Positions 39,530 through 53,400 of a DNA stretch of 64,000 bases are shown here, one piece after another. Source of the stretch: the human T2T-CHM13v2.0 reference genome, Homo sapiens; the NCBI RefSeq assembly GCF_009914755.1, contig NC_060946.1. One strand, 5' to 3'. The notes beneath the pieces were generated by a model. The model ran no database searches, was not told where the DNA came from, and saw only the letters and a list, made by a program, of their open reading frames with translations. Made by a program: the position numbers and the translations under genes. Every line of letters begins with the position of its first letter. Positions within the stretch are counted from its first letter, which is position 1.

Positions 39530-42500
39530 GGAAAGGGAGACATATAATGGAACGGAATGGAAAGGAAAGGGATGGAATGGAATAGAGGGGAATGGACGGG
39601 AATGGAATGAAATGTAATGGAGGGGAGTGTAGTGGAGTGGATTAGAATGGAATTGAGTGGAATGGAGAGGAGTGGAATGGAATGGATTGGAGTTGTTCGC
39701 AGGGAAGTGGAGAGGAATGTAGTGGAGTGGAGTTGAATTGAATGGAGTGGAATGGATTTGAGTGGAGTAGAAAGGAGTGGAATGGAGTGGAGTGGTATGG
39801 AATGGAGTGGATTTGAATGGAAGGCATGGACTGTATTGGAATGGAGAGAATTGGAATGGAGGCGGGAAATGGAATGGGGTGGAGGGGAGTGGAATGCAGT
39901 ATAATGGAATGAAGTGGAGAGGAATGGAATGGAATGGAGAGGAGGGGAATGGAATGGAATGGAATGGAATAGAACGGAATGGAATGGAATGGAATGAAAT
40001 GGAACGGAATGGAATGGAATAGAATGAAGAGGAGTAGAATAGAATGGAGTTTAGTGGAAGGGAATGGAGTGGAACGGAATTGAATGGGATACAAAGGAAT
40101 GGTATAGAATAGAATGGAATGGATTGGAGTACAATAGCATTGAGTGGAATGGAATGGAATGGAATGGAATGGAATGGAATGGAATGGAATGGAATGCAAT
40201 GGAAAGGAGTGGAGTGGAGTGGAATGGAAGGGAATGCAATGGAATGGAGTGGAGTGGAGAACAGTGCAATGGAATGGAGAGGAATGGAATGGAATGGAGT
40301 GGAGTGAAAATAGAGTGAAGTCGAGTGGAATGCAATGGATGGCATGTAATGGAAAGCAGTGGAGTGGAAGTGAGTGGAGTGGAGTGGAATGCCATGGAAT
40401 GGAATGAAGTGGAGTGAAGTGGAGAGGAGTGGAATGGAATGGAGTGGGTGGAGTGTAGGGGAATGGAATTGAGTGGAATAGAGTGGAAAAGAGTGGAGTT
40501 GAATGGAATGAAATAGAGTGCAATGGAAAGGAATGGAATGCAATGGAATAGAATGGACTGGGGTGGAGTGGAGTGGATTGGAGTGGAACGGAATGGTGTG
40601 GAGTACAGTGGAGTGGAGGGGAATGGATTGGAGGGGAAAGGATTGGAATGGAATGGAGTGGAATGGAATCGAGTGGAGAGGACGGGAGTGGAGTGGAATG
40701 GAGTGGAATGGAATTGAGTGGAGGGGATGGGAGTGGAGTTAAATGGAGTGGAGTGGAATGGATTGGAGTTGAATGGAATGGAGTGGAATGGTGTTTAATG
40801 GAATGGAGTGGAATAGAACGGAATAGAGTGGAGTGGAGTGGAGTGGAATGTAGAGGAGTGGAATGGAATGGAAGGTAGCTCAGTGGAAAGAAAACTAATG
40901 GAATGGAGTGGAATTGAATGAAGTAGAGTGGAGTGGAGTGATATGGAATGGAATAAGGTGGAGTGGAGTAGAGTAGAGTTGAATGCAGGGGAATGGAATG
41001 GAATGGAGTGTTATTTAATGGAATGGAATAGAATGGAATGGAGTGGAAAGGAATGGAGTGGAGTGAAGTGGAGTTGAGTGAATTGGAATGGAGTGGAGTG
41101 GAGTGCAGTGGAATGGGATGGTATGGAATGGAATGGAGTGGATTGCAATAGAATGGAATGGAATGGAGTGGAGTGGAATCGAGTGGAGTTCAATGAAATG
41201 GAATGGAGTGCAATGTAATGGAGTGGAGTGGAGGTGAATGGAGTGGAATGAATTGGAGTGGATTGTATTGTATGGGACATGAGTGAAGTGGAACGGAGTG
41301 GGTGGAGTGGAGTAGAGTGGAGTGGAGTGGAAAGGAATGGAGTGGAAGGGAAGTGAGTGAAGAGGAATGGAATGGAGTGGAGTGGAATGGAGTGGAATCG
41401 AATGATGTAGAATGGAACGGAGTGGAGTTGAATGGAGTGGAGTGCAATAGAGTAGAGTGGAGTGGAATCGAATGGAATGGAATGGAATGGAATGACATGG
41501 AATGGAATGGAAGGAAGTGGAGTGGATTGGAATGGAATGGACTGCAATGGAGTGGAAAGTAGTGGAGTGGAATGGAATGGTGTGCAATGGAATGGAATGT
41601 AGAGGAAAGGAGTGGAATGGAATGAAGGGGAGAGGAATGGACTGGAGTGGATTGCAATGCAGTGGATTGGACTCTAGTGGAGTGGAGCGGACTGGAGTGG
41701 AGTGGAGTTCAGTGGAATGGAGTGGAATGGAATGCAGTGGAGTGGAATGGAATGGAATTTATTGGTGTGGAGTGCAAAGGAATGGAATGGAATGAAGTGG
41801 AGTGGAGTAGAGTGGAGTGGAGTGCAGTGGAGAGGACTGAAATGGAGTGGAGTGGAATGGAGTGGAGTGGAGAGGAATGGATTGGAATGGAGTGGTGTAG
41901 AAAGGAATGGAATGGAGTGGAGTGGAATGGAGTGGAGTGGAGTGGAATGCAATGGAGTGGAGTTGAGTAGAATGAAGCTGAAGTGGAGTGAAATGAATGG
42001 GAATGGAAATGATTAGATAGAAATGTGCTGGAATGGAATGGAATGGAATGGAATGGAGTGGAATGCAACGGAATGGAAAGGAAAGGAATGGAATGGAACG
42101 GAGTGGTGTAGAATGGAATTGAGTGGAGTGGAAGGTAATGGAGAGGAATGGGGTGAAATGGAGTGGAATGGAGTGTGATGGAATGGAGTGGTCTGGGATG
42201 AAATGAAATGGAACGAATCCGAATGGAATGAAATGAAATGTCATGGAATGGAGGAGAGTGGAGTGGAGTTGAATGAAATAGAGTGGAATGGAGTGGAATG
42301 GAGTAGAGTGGAATGGAATGGCGTGGAATGGAGTAGTGTGGAATGGAATGGAGTGGAATGGAAAGGAATGGAATTTAGTGGATTCAAAAGGAGTAGAGTG
42401 GAGTGGAGTGGGGTGGAACGGAATGGAAAAGAATACAAAGGAATGGAATGGAATGGAATGGAATGGAATGGAATGGAATGGGATTGCATGGAATGGAATG

Positions 42501-45500
42501 GAATGGAGTGGAATGGAATGGCTTGGAGTGGAGTGGAATGGAAAGGAATGTTGTGAAAAGCAATGGAGTGGGATGGAGTAGATTTGTGTGGAGTGGACTG
42601 AATTGGAATGGAGTGGAGTGGCGTGGAAGTGAATGGAGTTGAGTGGAATAGAAAGGAGTGGAGTAGAACGGATTGGAATGGAATGGAATGGACTGCAGTG
42701 GAGTGGAGTGGAATGGAGTGGAGTGAAATGGAATGGAGTGGAATGGAAAAGGATGGAGTGGATTGGAGTGGAATGGAAAGGAATGGAGTGGAATGGAATG
42801 GAATGGAATGGAATGGAATGGAGTAGAACCGAGTGGAGTGAACTGCAATGGAGTGGAGTGGAGTGAAATTGATTGGCATGGAGTTGAGTGGCATGGAATG
42901 GAATGGAACGGAATGGAGTGTAGAGGAATGGAATGTATTGGAATGGAATGGAATGAAACGGAATGGAATGGAAAGGAATGGAATGCAGGGGAGCAGAATA
43001 TAATGCATTGGATTAGAAGGGATTGGAGAGGAATGCAATGGAAAGGAATGGAATAGAATGGAGTGCGGTGGAATGGAAAGGAGTGGAAGGGAAAGGATTG
43101 GAAAGGAATGGAGTGGAGTGGAGCGGAGTGGAGTGGAGTGGAATGGAATGGACTGGAATGGAGTGGAAAGGAGTTGAGTGGAATGGAATAGTGTGCAATT
43201 GAATGGAATCTCGTGGCAAGGAGTGGAATGGAATGGAGAGGAGTGGAATGGAATGGAGTGGAGTACAATGGAGTGGATTGGACTTTAGTGGAGTGGAGTG
43301 GACTGCAGTGGAGTGGAGTGGAGTGGAATGGAGTGGAATGGAAGGTAGTGGAGTGGAATAGAATGGAATTTATTGGTGTGGCGTGCAGAGGAATGGAATG
43401 GAATGAAGTGGAGTGGAGTAGAGTGGAGTGGAGTGCAGTGGAGAGGATTGAAATGGAGGTGAGTGGAATGGAGAGGAATGGAATGGAGTGGCGTGGAATG
43501 GAATGGAGTGGCGTGGAATGGAGTGGAATGGAGAGAAATGGAATGGAATGGAGGGGAGTAGAATGGAACAGAATGGAGTGGAGTGGATGTGATTGGAGTG
43601 GAGTGGGATGCAATGGAGTGGGGTGGAGTAGAATGGAGTGAAGTGGAGTGGAATGAAGGGGAATGGAATTGAGTGAGTGGAATGTGCTGGAATGGAATGG
43701 AATGGAATAGAATGGAGTGGAGCAGAACGGAATTGAGCGGAGTGGAAGGTAATGGAGGGGAATGCAGTGAAACAGAGTGGAGTGGAGTGTAATGGAATGG
43801 AGTGGTCTGGGATGAAACGAAATGGAACGGATCAGAATGGAATGAAATGGAATGGCACGGAGTGGAGGGGAGTGGAGTGGAGTGGAAAGAAATGGAGTGG
43901 AATGGAGTGGAGTGGAATGGAATGTAGTGTAATGGAAAGGAATGGAATTTAGAGGATTCAAAAGGAGTAGAGTGGAGTGGAGATGAGTGGAGTGGAACTT
44001 AATGGAAAGGAATGCAATGGAATGGAATGGAGTGGAATGGAATGGAGGGGAATGGAACGGATTGGAGTGGAGTGGAGTGGAGTGAAATGTAGTGGAATGC
44101 AATGGAGTGGAATGGAGTAGAGCTGGGTGGAATGGACTGAACTAGAATGGAGTGGAGTTGAGTGGAATTGAATGGAGTTGAGTGGAATAGAAAGTAGTGG
44201 AGTAGAACGGATTGGAATGGAATGGAAGGGAATGGATTCCAGTGGAGTGGAATGGAATGTAGTGGAGTGAAATGGAATGGAGTGGAATGGAATGGGATGG
44301 AGTGGATTGGAGTGGAATGGAATGGAATGGAGTGGAATGGAGAGAAATGGAATGGAATGGAATGGAATGGAGTGGAATGGAGAGAAATGGAATGGAATGG
44401 AATGGAATGGAATGGAGTGGAGTGGAACCTAGTAGGGTGACGTGGAATGGAGTGGAGTGGAGTGGAATTGATTGGAATGGAGTTGAGTGGCATGGAATGG
44501 AATGGAATGGAATGGAATGGAATGGAGTGTAGAGGAATGGAATGTAATGTAATGGAATAGAATGGAATGGAGTGGAATGGAATGGAATGGAATGGAATGC
44601 AGGGGAGCAGAATGCAATGCATTGGATTAGAAGGGAATGGTGTGGAATGGAATGGAATGGAATGGAATGGAATGGAATGGAATAGAAAGGAATGCAGTGG
44701 AATGGAATGGAGTGGAAGGGAAAGGATTGGAAAGGAATGGAGTGGACTGGTATGGAATGGAGTGGAGTGGTATGGAATGGAATGGAATGGAATGGCATGC
44801 AGTGGAGTGAAGTGGAATGGAGTGGAGGGTTGTGGAGTGGTGTCGAGTGTTGTGGAATGGAATGGAGTGGAATGGAGTGGTAAGTTGTGGAGTGGAATAG
44901 GATGTAGTTTAGTGGAACGGAATGGAATGAAGTGGAATGGAATTGAGTGGAGTGGAATCGAATGGAGTGTAGTGGAATGGAGTGAAGTCCAATGGAATGG
45001 AATGTAATTGATAGGTATGGAGCATAATGGAGGGAGTGGAGAGGAATGGAGTGGGGTGGTATGGATTGGAGTGGAATGGAATGGAAAGGAATGGAATGGT
45101 ATGGAATGGAGTGCAGTGGAATTAAATGGACTGGACTGGAGTGGAGTGAATGGAATGGCAAAGTTTCGAATGGAATGGAATGGAGTGGAATGGAATGGAA
45201 CACATTGGAATGGAATGGAATGGAGTGGAGTGGAGTGGAGTGGAATGGAGTGGAGTGGAATTGAATGGAATGGAGTGGAGTGGAGTGGAGTTGGGTGGAA
45301 TGGAATGGATTGGAATCAAGAGCAGTGGAATGGAAAGGAATGGACAGGAATCGAATGGAATGGATTTGAATGGAATGGAATGGGTTGGATTGGAGTGGAA
45401 TGGAAAGGAATTGAATGGAATGGGACAGATTGGAGTAGAGTGGAATGGAATTGCATGGAATGCAATGGAATGGAATGAATTGGAGTGGAGTGAATTGGAA

Positions 45501-47450
45501 TGGAGCGGAGTTGAACGAAATGGAGAGGAGTGGAATGGAATGGAATGGAATGGAATGGAATGGAATGGAATGGAGAGAAATATAAAGGAACGGAATGGAA
45601 AGCAAAGGAATGGACTGGAATGGAGTGGAATGGATGAGAATGGAACGGAATAGAATGAAATGGAATGGAGGGAAGTGTAGTGAAGTAGATTGGAATGGAA
45701 TGGAGTGGAATGGAGAGGAGTGGAATGGAATGGAACGAAGTTGATCGCAGTGAAGTGTAGTGGAATGGAGTGGAATGGAGTTGAACTGAAAGGAATCGAA
45801 TGGATTTGAGTGGAGTGGAAGGGAATGGAATGGAGTGGAGTGGTATGGAATGGAGTGGAGTTGAATGGAATGGCATGGACTGTAATGGAATGGAGTGAAT
45901 TGGAATGCAGAGGGGGTCAATGTAATGGTGTGGAGGGGAGTGGAATGCAGTGGAATGGAAAGGAGTGGAGTGGAGTGGAATGGAATGGAATGGAGTGGAG
46001 GGAAATGGAATGGAATGGAATGGAATGGAATGGAATGGAATGGAAAGCAGTGGAATAGAATCGACTGAAGTGGAGTGGAATGGAATGGAGTGGAGTGGAA
46101 TGGCATGGATTGCAATGGAATGGAATGGAATGGAATGGAATGGAATGGAATGGAATGGAATGGAATGGATTGGAGTGGAAAAGCGTTGAGTGGAATGGAG
46201 TGGAATGGAATGGAATGCAAAGGAGTGAAGTGGAGTGGAATGGAAGGGAATGCAATGGAATGGAATGGAGTGGAGTGGATTGGATTACAGTGGAATGGAA
46301 GGGAGAGGAATAGAATGGAATGGAGTAGAGTGAAATGGAGTGGAGTGGAATTGAGTGGAGTCGAGTGGAATGGAATGGGATGGAATGTAATGGATTGTAG
46401 TGGATTGGAAGGGAGTGGAGTGGAGTGGAATGCTATGGAATGGAGTGAAGTGGAGTGAAGTGGAGAGGAGTGGAACGGAATGGAGTGGGTGGAGTGGAGT
46501 ATAATAGAATTGAGTGGAAGGGAATGGAAACCAGTGAAGTGGAATGGAATGAAGTAGAGTGCAATGAAAAGGAGTGGAATGCAATGGAATGGAATGGAGT
46601 GGAGTGGATTGGAGTGGAGTGCAGTGGAGTGGAGTAGAATGGAATGGACTGGAGTCCAGCGGAGTGGAGGGGAATGGACTGGAGGGGAATGGATTGGAAT
46701 GGAATGGAGTGGAATGGAATGCAGTGGAGTGGAAGGGAGTGGAGTGGAACGGAGTGCAGTTGAATGGAATGGAGAGGGATGGTTTGGAAAGGACAGGAGT
46801 GGAATGGATAGGAATGGAGTGGAGTGGAGTGGAGTGGAATGTTGTGCAGTGGAATGGAAGCAAATGGAATGGAGTGGAATGTAATGGAATGGAGTGGATT
46901 GAAGTGTTATGGAATGGAATAGGGTGGAATGGAGTGGAGAAAAATTGAATGCAGTGGAATGGAATGGAAAGGAGTGTTATTTAATGGAATGGAAAGGAAT
47001 GGAATGGAGTGGAATGGAATGGAGTGGAGTGGAGGTGAGTGGAGTGCAGTGGAATGGGATGGTATGGAATGCAAAGGAGTGGAATGGAATGGAGTGGATT
47101 GTAATGGAATGGAGTGGATTGTAATGGAATGGAATGGAATGGAATGGAGTGAAGTGGAATGGAGTGGAGTGGAGTGAAATGAAGTGTAGTGGAATGGAAA
47201 GGAGCGGAGAGGACTTCAATGGAGTGGAATGAAGTGGAGTGGATTGTAGTGTATTGGACTGGAGTGAAGTGGAACGGAGTGGGTTGTAGTGCAGAAGAGT
47301 GGAATGGAGTGGAAAGGAATGGAGTGGAATTGAATTGAGTGAAGAGGAATGGAATGGAGTGGAGTGGAACAGAGGGGAGTCGAATAGAATGGAATGGAGT
47401 GGAGTGGAATGGAGGCAGTGGAGTGGAAATGAGTTGAGTGGTATGGAACG
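39530..47450 (+). repeat. ~1.9-kb segment duplicated at ~6.0-kb spacing (~39530-41450 vs ~45570-47430)
   Basis: Landmark pairs: GGCATGGACTGTA 39823/45872, AGC(A/G)TTGAGTGG ~40136/~46182, GTGTTATTTAATGG 41008/46974, GAGTGAAGTGGAACGGAGTGGGT 41281/47262. Offsets are ~5970-6050. Confidence 0.85.
41570..44790 (+). repeat. ~1.6-kb tandem duplication in the GGAGT-rich domain (~41570-43180 and ~43180-44790)
   Basis: Landmark pairs: GGAATTTATTGGTGTGG 41754/43365, AATGTGCTGGAAT 42022/43681, GGTCTGGGATGAAA 42190/43804, GGATTCAAAAGGAGTAGAG 42380/43954, GAATGCAGGGGAGCAGAAT..AATGCATTGGATTAGAAGGGA 42981/44595. Offsets are 1574-1659. Confidence 0.88.
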
Positions 47451-50400
47451 TAGTGGATCGGAATGGAATGGAATGGAGTGGAGTGGAATAGAATGGAGTG
47501 GAGTGGAGTGCAGTGGAATGGAATTTAATGAAGTCGAATGCAATGGAGTGCAGTGGAATGGAATGGAATGGATTGGAATGGAATGGTATGGAGAGGTGTG
47601 AAGTGGAGTGGAGTGGAATGGAGTCGAGTGGAATGGAGAGCAGTGGAACGGAATGAAATAGAGAGGAATGGAATTGAATGGAATGGATTGTAATGGAATG
47701 GAAAGGATTTGAGTGGAGTGGAATGGAATGGAATGGAATGGAATGGAATGGAATGAACGGATTGGAGTGGAATGGAATGGAATTGAATGGCATGGAATGG
47801 AATGGAAAGAAATATGATGGAATAGAATTGAATGGAATGGAATGGCAGGGAATGGACTGGAATGGAATGGAATGGAGTGAAATGGAATAGAGTGGTGTGT
47901 ACTGGAGTAGAGTGGAATGGCATGGAGTGGAATGGAAAGGAGTGGAATACAAACGAAAGGAGTTGATCAGAGCAAAGTGGATTGGAATGGAGTATAGTGG
48001 ACTTAAATGGAATGGAGTGGAATGGAGTGGAGTGGAGGAGAATGGAGTAGAGTGGAATGGACTGGAACGGAATGGAGTGGAGGGGAATAGAATGGAGTGG
48101 AGAGGAATTGAATGGCATCAAGTGTAATCGAATGGAGGGAATTGGAATGCAGGGGAGTGGAATAGGGTGGAGTGGAGGGGAATGAAGTAGAATGGAATGG
48201 AGAGGAGTGGAATGGAGTGCAGTTTAATGGAGTGGAAGGGAATGGAAAGGAATGGAATCCAAAGGATTGGAAGCGATTGGAGCGGAGTGGAATGGAATTG
48301 ATTGGAGTGGAATGGAATGGAATGGAATGGAATAGAGTGGAATAGAATGGAGTGGAATGGAATGACATGGAATGGAATGGAACGGAATGGAATGAAATGG
48401 AATGTAATGGAATGGAATGGAATGGAGTGGAGTAAAATGGAGTGGAATAGAGTGGAGTAGAAAGGAATGGAATATAATGGGGTGGAATGGAATGGAATGA
48501 GATGGAACGGAATGGGGTGGAATGGAATGGAATGAGATGGAACCGAAAGGAATGGAATGGAATGGAATGGAGTGAAGTGGAATGGAATAGAGTGGAGTGG
48601 AATGGAAAGGAATGGAGTGGGGTTGAATGAAATGGAATGGAGATGAGAGAAATGGAATGGATTGGAGCAGAATGGAATGGAATGAAGCGGAATGGAGTGT
48701 AATGGATTTCAGTGCAGAGGAGTGGAATGGAATGCAATGAAGCGGAATGTAATGGAATGGAGTGTAGTGGAGTGGATTACAATGTATTGTAATGGAATGG
48801 AATCAAATGGAGTGGAGTGGACTGGAAAGGAATGGAATGGAGGGTATTGGAGTGTAGTGGGATGGAGTGGATTGCAGTGAAGTGGAATGGAGTGGAGTGA
48901 AGTGGAATGGAATGGAATGGATTGGAAAGGAGTGGAATCGAATGGAATGGTGTGGCATGGAATGGACGGGAAAGGAATGGAATGGAATGGAATGTCATGG
49001 AGTGAAGAGGAACGGAATGCAGTGGAGTGGAATGGAATGGAATGGAGTGGAGTGGAATGGAGTGCAGTTGAATGGAATGGAGTCGAGTGGAATGGGATGG
49101 GATGGAATAATTTGGAATGCAGTGGAGAGGAATGGAGTTGAGTGGAGTGGAATGCAATGGAATGGAGGGAAGTGGGGTGATGTGGAGAGGAGTTGAATGG
49201 AATGGAGTGGATAGAGTGGAGTGGAATGGAAAGTAGTGCAACGGAGAGCAGTGGAATGGAATGGAATGGCGAGGAATGGAAAGGAATGGAATGGAATGGT
49301 ATGGAATGCATTGGAGTGGAGTGGAATTGAATGGAACGGCATGGAATGGAAGGGAATGGAATGGAAACAAATGGAATGGAATGGAATGGAATGGAATGGA
49401 ATGGAATGGAATGGAATGCAGGGGAATGGACTGGAATGGAAAGGAATGGAGTGAAATGAAATGAAGGTAGTTGAGTGGAGTGGAATGCAGTGGAGTGTAA
49501 CGGAGAGGAGAGGAATGGAATGGAGTTGATCAGAGTGAAGGGGAGTCGAACGGAGTATAGCGGAGTTGAACGGAGTGGAGTGGAATGGAGTGGAGTGGAA
49601 TGGAATGGAATGGAATGGATTGGAGTGGACTGGAATGACATGGAATGGAATGGAGTGAAGTGGAATGGAGTTCAGTGGAGTGGAATGGAATGGAATGGAA
49701 TGCAATGGGGTTGAATGGATTGGAATGGGAAGGAACATAATGGATTGGAATTGAGTGGAGTGGAATGGAGTGGAATGGAGTGGAATGGAGTGGATTGGAA
49801 TGGAATGGAGTGGAATGGAATGCAATGAAATGGAATGGAATGGAATGGAGTGTAATGGAATGGAATTAAATGGAATGGAATGGAGTGTAATGGAATGGAA
49901 TGGAATGGAGTGGAGTGGAATGGAATGGAATGAAATGGAATGGAATGGAGTGGAATGGAATGGAATGGAAAGGATGGAATGGAATGGAATGGAATGGAAT
50001 GGAATGGAATGGAATAGAGTGGAGTGGAGTGGAATGGAGTGGAGTGGAATGTAGTGGAGGGGAATGGAATGGAGTGTAATGGAATGGAATGGCGTGTAAT
50101 GGAATGGAATGGAATGGAGTGGAATGGAGTGGAGTGGAATGGAGTGGAGTGGAATGGAGTGGAGTGGAGTGGGGTGGAATGGAATGGAATGGAGTGGAGA
50201 GGGGTGGATTTGAATGAAATTGAGTGGAGTGGGATGGAATTTAGTTGAGTATAGTGCTTTGGAATGGAGTGGAGTGGAAAGGAGTGGACTGGAATGGAAT
50301 GAGGTGGAATGGAATACAATGGAATGTATTGGAATTGAGAGGAATGGATTGGAGTGCCGTGGAGTAGAGTGGAGTGGAGTGGAGTGGAATGGAGTGGACA

Positions 50401-53400
50401 CGAATGGACTGCGTTGGAAGAGAGTGGAGTGGAGAGGAGTGAAATGGAATGGAATTGAATGGAATGGAGTGGAGAGGAGTAGATTGGAATGGAATGGAAT
50501 GAAATGGAATGGAGCAGAGTGTAATGGAATGGAATGGAATAGAATGGAATGGAAAGGCACAAAATGGAGTGGAGTGGAATGCAGTGGAGTGCAGTGGAAT
50601 AGAGTGGAACGAAATGAAATGGAAAGGAATGGAATGGTGTTGTATGGCAAAGAATAAAACGGAACAGAATGGAATGGAATTAAATGGAAAGGAATGCAAT
50701 GGAACAGAATGGAATGGAATGGAATGGAATGGGATGGAATGGAATGGAATGGAATGGAATGGAATGGAATGGAATGGAATGAAGTGGAATGGAAAGGAAT
50801 GGAGGGGAGTGGAATCGAATGGAGTCGAGTGGAGTGCAATGGAGAGGAGTCGAATGGAATGGAGAGAAGTGGAATGGAGTGCGGTGGAATGCAGTGTAGT
50901 GGAATGGAGTGGAGTGGAAGGGAATGGAATGGAATGGAAGGGAATGGAGTTGAGTGGAGTGGAATGGACTTGAGTGGAGAGGAATGGAGTGGAGTGGAGT
51001 GAAATGGAATTGAGTGGAGTGGAGTGGAATGGACTTGAGTGGAGAGGAATGGAATGGCATGCAATGGGATGGAGTAGCATGGAGTGGAATGGACTGGAGT
51101 GGAGTGGAATGGAATGGCGTGGAATGGAATGGAATGTAATTGAGAGGAGTGGAAAGAAGTGGACTGGTATGGAATGGAGTGTAATGGAATGGAATGGAAA
51201 GGAATGGAGTGGAGTGTTATGGAGTAGTGAAGAATGGAGTGGAGTGGAATGGCTTGGAATGAAGTGGAGTGGAGTGCAGTAGAATGGAATGGATTGGAAT
51301 GTAATGAATAGGAATGGAATGGAGTGGAGTGGAATGGAATGAATCGGAGTGGAATGGAGTGAAATGGAGTGGAATGGAGTGAAATAGATTGGAGTGCAGT
51401 GGAAGGGAATGGAGTGAAGTGAAATGGAGTGAAATGTAGTGGATTGGAGAGGAATGAGTGGAGTGGAATGGATCAGAGTGGAGTGGAATGGAGAGGAGTG
51501 GAGCAAAGTTGAGTGGAATCGATTGGAGTGGAGTTGAATGTAATGGAGCGGAGGGGAATAGAGTGGATTGGAGAGTAGTGGAGTGGAGTGGAGTGGAATG
51601 AATTGGAGAGTTTGGAATGGAGTGGAGTAGAGTGGAATGGAAAGGAGAGGAGAGGAATGGAATGGAATGGAATGGAATGGAAAGGAATGGAAAGGAATGG
51701 AATGGAGTGGAGTGCAAAGGAATGGAGTGGAGTGGAGTGGAATTTATTGGAATGGAATGGAGTGGAGTAGAGTGGAGTGCAGTGGAGTCAAATGAAAAAG
51801 AGTGGAGTGGATTGAATTGGAATTGAGTGGAATGGGGTGCAGTGGAGTTCAATGGAATGGAGTGGTGTGGAATGGAATGGAGTGGAGTGGAATGGATACG
51901 ATTGGAAAGGAATGGAGTGTACTGGAATGGCATGGGATGGAATGGAATGAAGTGGAGTGCAGTGGAGTGGAGTGGAGTGGAATGAAATGGAGTGGAATTG
52001 AGTGGAAAGGAGTGGAGTGGAGTAAAGTGGCGTGGAGTGCAATGGAAAGGTGTGGAGTGGAGTGTAATGGAGTGGAGTGGAGTGGAATGGAGTAGAGTGA
52101 AGTGGAATGGAGTGGAGTGGAGTGGTGTGGAATGGAGTGGAGTGGAGTGGAATGAAATTCAATGGAATGGAATGGAATGGAGTGCAGTGGATTAGAATGG
52201 AGGGGAGTGGAATGCATTCGAATGGAATGGAATGGAGTCGAATGGCGAATATTGGAATGGAATGGAGTAGAGTTGAATGGAATGGAGTGAAATGGAATAG
52301 ATTGGAGTGGAGTGGAATGTAGTGTCGTGGAGTTGAATGGAGTGGAGTGGAGTGGAATGTAAAGGAATGGAGTGGAGTGGATTAGAATTTGGTGAAGTGA
52401 AGTGGGTTGTACTGGAGTGGAGTGGAATTTAAGGAGTGGAGTGGATTAGAGCAGGAGTAGAGTGGAAAATAATGGATTGGAGTGCAATGTAGTCGAGTGG
52501 AACGGAATGGGGTGAAATAGATGGAATGGAGTGGAAAGTAGTGGTGCAAGTGGAAAGGAATGGAGTGTAGTGGAATGGAGTCGAAAGGAATGGAGTGGAA
52601 TGGAGTGTAGTGGAATGGAGTGGAAAGGAATGGAGTGGAATGGAGTGTAAAGAAATGGAATGGAGTGGAGTGGAATGGATTGGATTGGAGTGGAGTGGAA
52701 AGGAACGGAGTGGAGTGGAATGGAATGGAGTAGAATGGAATGGAATGGAATGCAGTGGACTGGAATGGAATGGAGTGGAATGCAATGGAATGGAATGGAG
52801 TGGAATGGAATGGAATCGAGTTGAGTGGAGTGGAGTGGAATGCAATGGAGTGCATTGAATTGCATTGGAGTTGAGTGGAGTAGAATGGAGTGGAATGGAA
52901 TGGCTTCGAGTGGATTGGAGTGGAACAGAATGGAGTAGAATAGAGTGGAGAGGAATGGAATTGAGTGGAGTGGAATGGAATGCAAGAGAACGGAATGGAA
53001 TGGACTGCTCGTGGAGTGGAATGGAGGTGGGTGGAGTGGAGTGGAAAGGAGTGAAGTGGAATGTGATGGAAATTAATCGAATAGAATGGAATGGAATGGA
53101 ACGGAAAGGAATGGAATGGATGGCCGTGAAATAGAGTGGAGGGGAATGGAGTAAAGTTGAGTGAAATTGAATGGAATGGAATGGAATGGAGTGGAGGGGA
53201 AAGGAATGGGATGGATTGGAGTAGAAAGCAATTGAGTGGAATGGAATGGAATGGAATGGAATGGAATGGATTAGAGTGGAATGGAATGGAACGAAATGGA
53301 ATGGAGTTGAGAGGAGTGGGGTGGAGAGGAGTGGAATGGAGTGGCGTGTAATGGGATGGAATGGAATGGAATGGAAAGGAATGGAAAGGCATGGCATGAA

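Noticed and set aside
52210-52224. Palindrome CATTCGAATG as a possible inversion breakpoint
   Set aside because: It is explained by point changes in a GGACTCGAAT/GGATTCGAAT-type decamer, and both flanks keep GGAAT orientation.
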